46,930 nucleotides of DNA, taken from the NCBI GenBank assembly GCA_016839705.1, contig JAEOTR010000063.1:1-46930 (forward strand), written 5' to 3'. The position numbers and the translations under genes are program-made. Positions within the stretch are counted from its first letter, which is position 1. Each line of letters begins with the position of its first letter. The notes under the pieces are model-generated. The model saw only the letters and a program-made list of their open reading frames with translations. It did not search any database and was not told the DNA's origin. Source of the DNA: Promethearchaeota archaeon (GTDB lineage: Archaea > Asgardarchaeota > Lokiarchaeia > Sigyniarchaeales > SOKP01). This document shows positions 40,524-46,930 of the stretch, piece by piece.

Positions 40524-41048
40524 ATGTCAAGTTTTAAACTGAAAGTATTACTTACTGGCGCGGCTGCCGTTGGTAAGACAAGTCTGGTTCAAAGGTTTAT
40601 CAAAAATAGATTCCAAGCTAATTATAAATTGACCGTAGGCGTTGATATTTTAACAAAGGATGTGGAATTCCGAGCAGGTGAAATAGCAACTTTAAGCATT
40701 TGGGATATTGGTGGTCAACAACGTTTCGAATTTATACGTAGTACTTTCTATAAAGGAGCTGCAGGAGCGTTATTAGTTTTTGATTTAACACGAGAACAAA
40801 CTTATGCTGAAACGCGAAAATGGCTTACAGAAATAAGACAATTCGCAGGTGAGTCAATTCCCTTTGTATTTATCGGAAATAAAGCGGATCTAATCGAAGA
40901 TGTAGGTTTAGTAATAGATCGGGATGAAGCTCGTTCGTTTGCAGAAAATGAGGGTAGTATTTATATTGAAACCTCTGCTAAAACGGGAATAAATGTCGAT
41001 GAGGCATTCACTGAGCTTACAAAACGAATAATCGATTCCCGAATGTAG
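40524..41048 (+). CDS. Rab-like small GTPase
   Basis: GAAAVGKTS, TVGVD, WDIGGQ, GNKAD and ETSAKTG. Start at ATG 40524. No C-terminal Cys. Confidence 0.95.
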   Translation: MSSFKLKVLLTGAAAVGKTSLVQRFIKNRFQANYKLTVGVDILTKDVEFRAGEIATLSIWDIGGQQRFEFIRSTFYKGAAGALLVFDLTREQTYAETRKWLTEIRQFAGESIPFVFIGNKADLIEDVGLVIDRDEARSFAENEGSIYIETSAKTGINVDEAFTELTKRIIDSRM

Positions 41049-41139
41049 AATATCATCATTTTTCTTATTTTCAATTACCATCTAATTCTCCTTTAATATC
41101 GATATAATTTTCTAAACTATTAAATGGAAATCTATTAGG

Positions 41140-42561
41140 TTAAGATTCAAAATCTTCGTATAAATCATCATGAATAATGTTGATAGCATCGATTAATTTC
41201 TTCCTGTCAATAACTAGTGATAAATTTAACTCATCAAAACCTTGAGATATTGCTTTTACTTTCACGTTTTTTTTATCTAATGCACTAAAAATTTCTGCTT
41301 TTGTTTTTGTTTCAAGGATTTTTAACCCAGTAATGTTTATTACAGCCACATCTTCCCATTTTACTTCAAAAAATTCTACAAAGAATTTTGATTTGTTTAA
41401 CGCCTTAATTGCTGCTTCTGAATCTTCAGAATTAACAATAAAGGAAGTGCCTATTTCAGATGAACTTTGAGCTACTAACGATACACTTATTTTATTTTTG
41501 CTCATAGTTTTAAAGATTTTGGCGAGAACTCCGGGTACATCAACGAGACTTCCCGATATTACAGTTATAATCGTAGCGTATTCAATTGCTGAAATCCCTT
41601 TTATTTGTTCTTTATCAGATCGATCTGAGATTTGGGTAAAATTATCATCTAATGGTTTATCAAAGTTTCTGATTTCCAAAGGTATTTTGTATTTCTCTAT
41701 TGCTTCTAAACATTTAGGGTGGAGGATCTTGGCCCCAAAATTAGCAATGTGCTTTGCTTCATTATAATCTAAATTTTTTATAAGCGAAGATTCGGGAACA
41801 TATTTTGGGTTTATGGCTAATAATCCATCAACATCTTTCCATAATATAACTTTAATATCTTTGTCACTGCTGGTACTATAAAGAGAATGAGCAAGAATGG
41901 TTGATGTATAATCTGATCCACCTCTTCCTAATGTTGTTATATAACCAATTTTATTTCTACCAAGAAATCCCGTTAAACACATAACTACATCTTTTTTAGG
42001 GTTCTCAATAAGGGGGATCAGGAGGTTCTTAACACGAGAATTTGTTAAATCATATAAAGGATACGCGTTATTAAATTCATCATTAGTTATAATGATTTTA
42101 TTTGCAGGGATATATACAGAATCTACACTACAACTTAAAAGGTATTGATTTAATATATAAGTTGAAAGAATTTCCCCAAAACTGAGAACATAATCTCTAT
42201 AATATGGTTCTAACCCGAATTCTTTTATATCCGCAAAAGCGTCATCTAATTCACTTAATTTTTCATCAACCCAATCCCTTGCTTTAATGTAATGTTCGGA
42301 ATCCTCTTCAAATATATGTTCAATTATATCCAAATGTCTTTTTTCAATTAAGGATATATTTTTATCAGTTTCTTTTATGTCTTCTAACCCCTGAGCAGTT
42401 TTTGAAAGCAAGTCGGTTATTCCCTTTAATGCTGACACTACAAATATCTTTTTTATATCTTTATAGATATTTGTAATTTTCAAAATTTTTTCGAACGCAT
42501 TCTTATCTAATAAACAAGAACCTCCAAATTTCATAACAATTATTGCCATTGTTTTAAACAC
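41140..42561 (-). CDS. lysC: Aspartate kinase with two ACT domains
   Basis: VMKFGGS, VVSA, SFGE, TTLGRGGSDY, DVDG and FGAKILHP. Confidence 0.93.
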   Translation of the reverse strand: MFKTMAIIVMKFGGSCLLDKNAFEKILKITNIYKDIKKIFVVSALKGITDLLSKTAQGLEDIKETDKNISLIEKRHLDIIEHIFEEDSEHYIKARDWVDEKLSELDDAFADIKEFGLEPYYRDYVLSFGEILSTYILNQYLLSCSVDSVYIPANKIIITNDEFNNAYPLYDLTNSRVKNLLIPLIENPKKDVVMCLTGFLGRNKIGYITTLGRGGSDYTSTILAHSLYSTSSDKDIKVILWKDVDGLLAINPKYVPESSLIKNLDYNEAKHIANFGAKILHPKCLEAIEKYKIPLEIRNFDKPLDDNFTQISDRSDKEQIKGISAIEYATIITVISGSLVDVPGVLAKIFKTMSKNKISVSLVAQSSSEIGTSFIVNSEDSEAAIKALNKSKFFVEFFEVKWEDVAVINITGLKILETKTKAEIFSALDKKNVKVKAISQGFDELNLSLVIDRKKLIDAINIIHDDLYEDFES

Positions 42562-42660
42562 CTATTTGTAATTTTTAATCCTTGTAAATTTATATTTTTT
42601 TCAGCAATATAAAAAAATTTTAAAGTAAAGGTAAAATGTTGGTATAATTTTTCAAATAAT

Positions 42661-43533
42661 GTGATTGACTTTCATTTACACTCAACTAGTTCTGACGGTT
42701 TAGACACACCCTCCCAATTAATCGATAAAGCGGTAGAACTTCAATTGAGCGCAATTGCTCTAACCGATCACGATTCTATTATAGGCTTGGAGGAATTTAT
42801 CTCATATGGGGAGGAAAAAGAGATAATTCTAATACCTGGAATTGAAATTTCAATTCAGCATGAACCCGAAAGGGAATTGATAGATGTACATATTATTGGA
42901 TTAAATATAGATTATAAGTCAACAAAACTTATTAATTCAATTGAGAATCAGATCAAAGGGAGAAAAGTGCAAAAGAAGGCTATTTGTAAGCGTTTAAGAA
43001 ATGAATTTGGGTACGATATCACTTTCGAAGAAGTAAAGGCAGTGGCAGAAGGTACTGTAATTGGCAGACCTCATATTGTAGAGATTATGATCAAAAATAA
43101 TCCCACCAAAATTAAAGGAAAGTCTACAAATGACCTATTTAAGATGATAAGTATAGGTGGGGAAGCATTTGTGGATAGAGAAGTTGAGCTTAATTTCGAA
43201 GAATCAATTGATTTAATTAAAGCTGCTGGGGGTATTTCAATTCTTGCTCATCCTGGAATTTATGAGGTATCAGATCGGATGAAATTTGTAGAATTTTGTT
43301 CGAAAACTGGAATTGAAGGAATTGAAATCGAATATACCTATTTAAAAAACCGACCATATTATGAAACTGATAAAGCAACGTGGGCGCAAGAGTTTTTCCC
43401 TAATTATTTTCGAAAGATCGCAAAAAAATTCAAATTAATAATGTCAGGGGGTTCAGATTACCATGGAGGGAAGAAAGGAATAAGAATGGGAGATGCTAAT
43501 GTTCCAGATAAGTATTTAAAAAGGTTTATTTAG
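42661..43533 (+). CDS. PHP-domain metallophosphoesterase (TrpH/YciV-like)
   Basis: DFHLHSTSSDG, ALTDHD, PGIEIS, GRPH, LAHP and GGSDYHG. Confidence 0.92.
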   Translation: MIDFHLHSTSSDGLDTPSQLIDKAVELQLSAIALTDHDSIIGLEEFISYGEEKEIILIPGIEISIQHEPERELIDVHIIGLNIDYKSTKLINSIENQIKGRKVQKKAICKRLRNEFGYDITFEEVKAVAEGTVIGRPHIVEIMIKNNPTKIKGKSTNDLFKMISIGGEAFVDREVELNFEESIDLIKAAGGISILAHPGIYEVSDRMKFVEFCSKTGIEGIEIEYTYLKNRPYYETDKATWAQEFFPNYFRKIAKKFKLIMSGGSDYHGGKKGIRMGDANVPDKYLKRFI

Positions 43534-43550
43534 ATTTAATTTCAGCAAAA

Positions 43551-45473
43551 TTACTCTTCTAAGAGTTTTTGCAATTCTTGAATTTGTTTTTCTATTTTTC
43601 CCTGATATTCCATGATTTTATTTTTCTTTTCTTGAAGTTCCTCTGCAGAAATTTCCCCGTTTAATTCTTTCATATCAAAATCTAATGCCATTTTATACAA
43701 ATCTGCTTTTTTAAGTTTTAATTCTATAAGCGTTTTTTTTGCATGCTCTGCTTGGTTAAAATCAATAGTAGGTGATGGTTTGTCTTCCTCAATAGGTTTT
43801 TGGGAAGGTTCCGCTAAAATTGGAGACTTAGGTAGTTTAACAGGTGTTTCTATCTTTGAGGATTCTAGTGATTGTTGAGGTGGTAATTGGGGAGTATTAT
43901 TAAAAATTTCTGAAGGACGAGAAGGTGCTTTAACTTTTGATAAATTCTCACTTACGTTAATTTGTACTCGTTTTTTAGTTCGCATTGAATCGACTTTTTC
44001 TTTGGGAATATTTGTAACATGACCAAAGGCAGATGTTTTCAATTTAGATTTAGCATCCTTAGGAACAGAGCCCATTGTCTTCGATCTGATTTTCACCATG
44101 AAATCTTCTGGGTTTAATTTTAATCCAAAATTTTCGGTTTCAATTTTGGAATCCTTCTCTTTCGTTTTTTCTGGCAATCCTTTACTAGATTTTATCCATT
44201 GTTTAGAGGTTTCTTGTTGTAAATTTGAGCCTTCAGGTGTCACTTGTTTTAATTTTTGAGTGGCAGTCGTGGGAGGAGGTTTTGGTGTTAGGGGTAAATT
44301 ATGTTCAGGAGTTTCAGCAGAAATGGTAGTGTCATATTTGCTAATTTTTTCTGACAATTCAGGAGTTAATGCTGCAGACTTTTCAGATCGATCGGTTTCT
44401 ATTGGGAATGCGGGTGTTGGTTGAGGGGCCCCGACCTGCTTCAACATTAATTTAATCTTTTGTGATTTTTCAAAGAATTCTTTACCAAGCGAATCATCAC
44501 CTAATTCAAGGCATAAATCACTTATCTTATCAAATAAGAAAGCTGCCTTTTCAAAATTCGCGCTTTTTAATGACCCTGTAGCTTCTTCTATTAATTTATC
44601 TCTTTCTAACAATGGTTTTAATAAGGGAGAAACCTCAGCACTCATTTCTAATATGTCTGCAATAATTTGAATCATTTTGTCTCGATTTTCAGGTTCTTTT
44701 GCTATCATTGAGTAAGATTTTAACCCTAAAATTCTTTCGATATGAGCAGGATTTTCTGCTCCTTTTATATCTTGTTTATTGCCAATTACTGCTATATGGG
44801 CATATGGAGCTTCATCCTTTATTAATTCCAAGAAGAATTTGCTTTTCTCAACATTTTCTAATGTAGAATCAGTAATTAAAAGAACTGCATCACTACCTTT
44901 AATGAAATTATTCCAAAGATAACTAAATTGTTCTTGTCCAGCAAAATCCCATAGATGAAAATGCAATTTTCCAATTCTAACAGTAGCGATATCACCTGTA
45001 ATTGTAGGTATATGTTGCATAGGTATTTCTTCTGCTCTTATCAACCGAGTTATAGTAGTCTTCCCAACTCCCGAAAATCCAACTAAGGATATCTTTGGAC
45101 GAAGGTTCTTATGGCTCCCATCTACTATGGGATCGAAAACTTCAAAGGTTTTTGCATCAAATCGGTGTTGTAAAATTTCTTCAAATAAATTTATAAATTC
45201 TTTTCTACATTTAATCAATTCCTTTTTAATATTATCAAATTTATCCGTTAAACCAGTAACAAATAAAACTATTAAGTTTAAACTTTTTTGAGTGATATAT
45301 GACACTCTATATTTGTAGTAATCATGGAACTCTATTGCATCTTCCTCTCTAATAGAAATATCGTTCAATATTTCTGTAACGAGATAATCTAACGCTTCTT
45401 GTTTAAGCGCTTTTCCAAAATGTCTGTAGTATAAGAGTTCGTCTCCCCTGAAAATGAAAACCTGTCTTAACAT
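43551..45473 (-). CDS. Longin-like domain, Arf-like small GTPase, helical bundle, disordered linker and C-terminal helical hairpin
   Basis: About 125-aa N-terminal longin-like region, GFSGVGKTT, PTI, WDFAGQ, NKQD and a P/S/T/K-rich linker. Confidence 0.88.
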   Translation of the reverse strand: MLRQVFIFRGDELLYYRHFGKALKQEALDYLVTEILNDISIREEDAIEFHDYYKYRVSYITQKSLNLIVLFVTGLTDKFDNIKKELIKCRKEFINLFEEILQHRFDAKTFEVFDPIVDGSHKNLRPKISLVGFSGVGKTTITRLIRAEEIPMQHIPTITGDIATVRIGKLHFHLWDFAGQEQFSYLWNNFIKGSDAVLLITDSTLENVEKSKFFLELIKDEAPYAHIAVIGNKQDIKGAENPAHIERILGLKSYSMIAKEPENRDKMIQIIADILEMSAEVSPLLKPLLERDKLIEEATGSLKSANFEKAAFLFDKISDLCLELGDDSLGKEFFEKSQKIKLMLKQVGAPQPTPAFPIETDRSEKSAALTPELSEKISKYDTTISAETPEHNLPLTPKPPPTTATQKLKQVTPEGSNLQQETSKQWIKSSKGLPEKTKEKDSKIETENFGLKLNPEDFMVKIRSKTMGSVPKDAKSKLKTSAFGHVTNIPKEKVDSMRTKKRVQINVSENLSKVKAPSRPSEIFNNTPQLPPQQSLESSKIETPVKLPKSPILAEPSQKPIEEDKPSPTIDFNQAEHAKKTLIELKLKKADLYKMALDFDMKELNGEISAEELQEKKNKIMEYQGKIEKQIQELQKLLEE

Positions 45474-45513
45474 GATGTTCCATCAACAAAAATTAATATA
45501 TATTGTCCTATAA

Positions 45514-46005
45514 CTAAGTCGAAATATATTTTACTAGATCCTTTATAATAGAATACTTTTCTTTTTTTATTTCTTCTTGTTTCAGAGTATCTCCTATTCT
45601 TGCCAATTCCTTTTCAAAATCGAATATTGAAAATTCTTTAATCTCTTCGTCTCTTGAACTATCACTTAACTTTTTTAAGAATAAGCTAATACTCGGCATA
45701 AATTTAGCTAAATTAACGTCTAGCTCGAGTTTTGATATCAAAATCAATTTTTTTGTAAAAGAGAATAAATAATGATGTTTTTGGGCTTCTAAAGCAAATG
45801 AGTTTATCTTATCTAAATTTAATTCACTAGCTATTTCTTTAGAATTTGAAATAAGGGAAAGTAACCTTTGGGGAATAATTTTCCCCTCGGAAAATTCCTT
45901 AATCTTTGAACCCAATATAATTCCATACTTATTTGCTATGGCACATTCAGCATTTAAATCAGATTTTAGCTGTGTGATGATTTCCGCGTAATTAATTTGA
46001 GTCAT
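45514..46005 (-). CDS. Roadblock-like protein
   Basis: CAIANKYGIILGS beta-hairpin pattern, directly upstream of the longin-GTPase gene. Confidence 0.55.
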   Translation of the reverse strand: MTQINYAEIITQLKSDLNAECAIANKYGIILGSKIKEFSEGKIIPQRLLSLISNSKEIASELNLDKINSFALEAQKHHYLFSFTKKLILISKLELDVNLAKFMPSISLFLKKLSDSSRDEEIKEFSIFDFEKELARIGDTLKQEEIKKEKYSIIKDLVKYIST

Positions 46006-46113
46006 AATTTAGAAATATTATTTTTAAACACATAATGGAAGCCTATTTATTTATATTTATTTTGTTATAAACTCATTATAAGCATCAGATTATGATAAAG
46101 TTAAGAATTAACA

Positions 46114-46911
46114 GTGAAAATCTATAAAACCCATTTTATTGAAAAAGAATCAGATATAACAATAATTTCGGATTCAAGGACAGCAATTTCAAGAGCAAAA
46201 ATGAGTTTCCAAATTCATCGAGCTAACTTAGAAAATTATGCGCAAAAAAATTCTGATTTTCTAAAATCATTTTCTCCGATAAAAGTTAATAGCAACTACA
46301 AAGTTATAGAATTAATGGCAGAAGTAGCATTTCTCTGCGATGTGGGACCTATGGCTGCCGTTGCAGGAGCATTAGCAGATTTAATGTTAGAAGAAATGAA
46401 GTTAAAAAAAAGAGATAAAGATCTAAACTATGAAGAATGTAAGATTGCTTTAGTTGAGAATGGAGGTGAGATTGCTATAGATTCCGAAGACCCTATGAAA
46501 ATCGCTCTATATGCAGGACAAAACGAGTTGAATTTAAACATCGGTTTTCTAGTAAAAAAAGAAGATTGCCCACTCGGTATAGGGACAAGTTCGGCAACAG
46601 TAGGTCATGCAATTAGTTTAGGACAATCTGATGCTGTAACTATTTTTGCAATAAATGCTGCCTTAGCAGACGCTGCTGCAACAAAAGTAGGTAATGAAGT
46701 GAAGGGAAAAGACATAGAAAAATCTATTAAGAGAGGACTGGATATTGCAGATCAAATTGAAGGTGTTAAGGGTGCTTTTATTTCAAGGGAAAATAAAGTC
46801 GGTCAGATAGGTAAATTACCCCAGCTAATTAAAATTGAAGGGAATAAAAATCATATATTAAAAAGTAAATTAGATGACCATATTCTAGGTGATTTTGAAA
46901 TATATAAATAA
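46114..46911 (+). CDS. UPF0280 ApbE-like protein
   Basis: VGPMAAVAGA, VENGGEIA, GTSSATVGHAISLG and LADAAAT. Confidence 0.92.
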   Translation: MKIYKTHFIEKESDITIISDSRTAISRAKMSFQIHRANLENYAQKNSDFLKSFSPIKVNSNYKVIELMAEVAFLCDVGPMAAVAGALADLMLEEMKLKKRDKDLNYEECKIALVENGGEIAIDSEDPMKIALYAGQNELNLNIGFLVKKEDCPLGIGTSSATVGHAISLGQSDAVTIFAINAALADAAATKVGNEVKGKDIEKSIKRGLDIADQIEGVKGAFISRENKVGQIGKLPQLIKIEGNKNHILKSKLDDHILGDFEIYK

Positions 46912-46930
46912 AATAATATCATCTATTAGA

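Noticed and set aside
2810-41767. Short ORFs overlapping or antisense to longer genes (e.g. 7566-7946, 10274-10807, 11121-11459, 38102-38860, 41498-41767)
   Set aside because: Shadow frames of well-supported genes with no recognisable motifs.

Overview
AT-rich archaeal chromosomal window whose gene content points to an Asgard archaeon, probably Lokiarchaeia (inferred from gene families, not from a search). Eukaryotic-signature genes: five small-GTPase domains in four genes, roadblock and longin/uDENN-like proteins, a eukaryote-type E1 and an E2 enzyme, a GIFT(IFT52)-like protein and a 2136-aa helical repeat protein. These sit among ordinary archaeal genes: GPN GTPase, homocitrate-synthase family, Lrp, TrmB, AcuC/HDAC, PDCD5, RACo, aspartokinase, PHP and UPF0280. 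Features the ORF track misses: (1) a Rab-like GTPase followed by a CDC48-N fusion carrying two degenerate GTPase domains, behind three abutting 19-bp palindromic operators; (2) a GPN GTPase whose P-loop can only be translated from a non-canonical start, probably ATT; (3) a tRNA-Tyr with two introns and C54; (4) a candidate ~135-nt structured ncRNA; (5) a ~1.7-kb mosaic duplication with two reductive-dehalogenase/QueG-like pseudogenes between E2 and E1. No CRISPR array, rRNA or transposase was seen.
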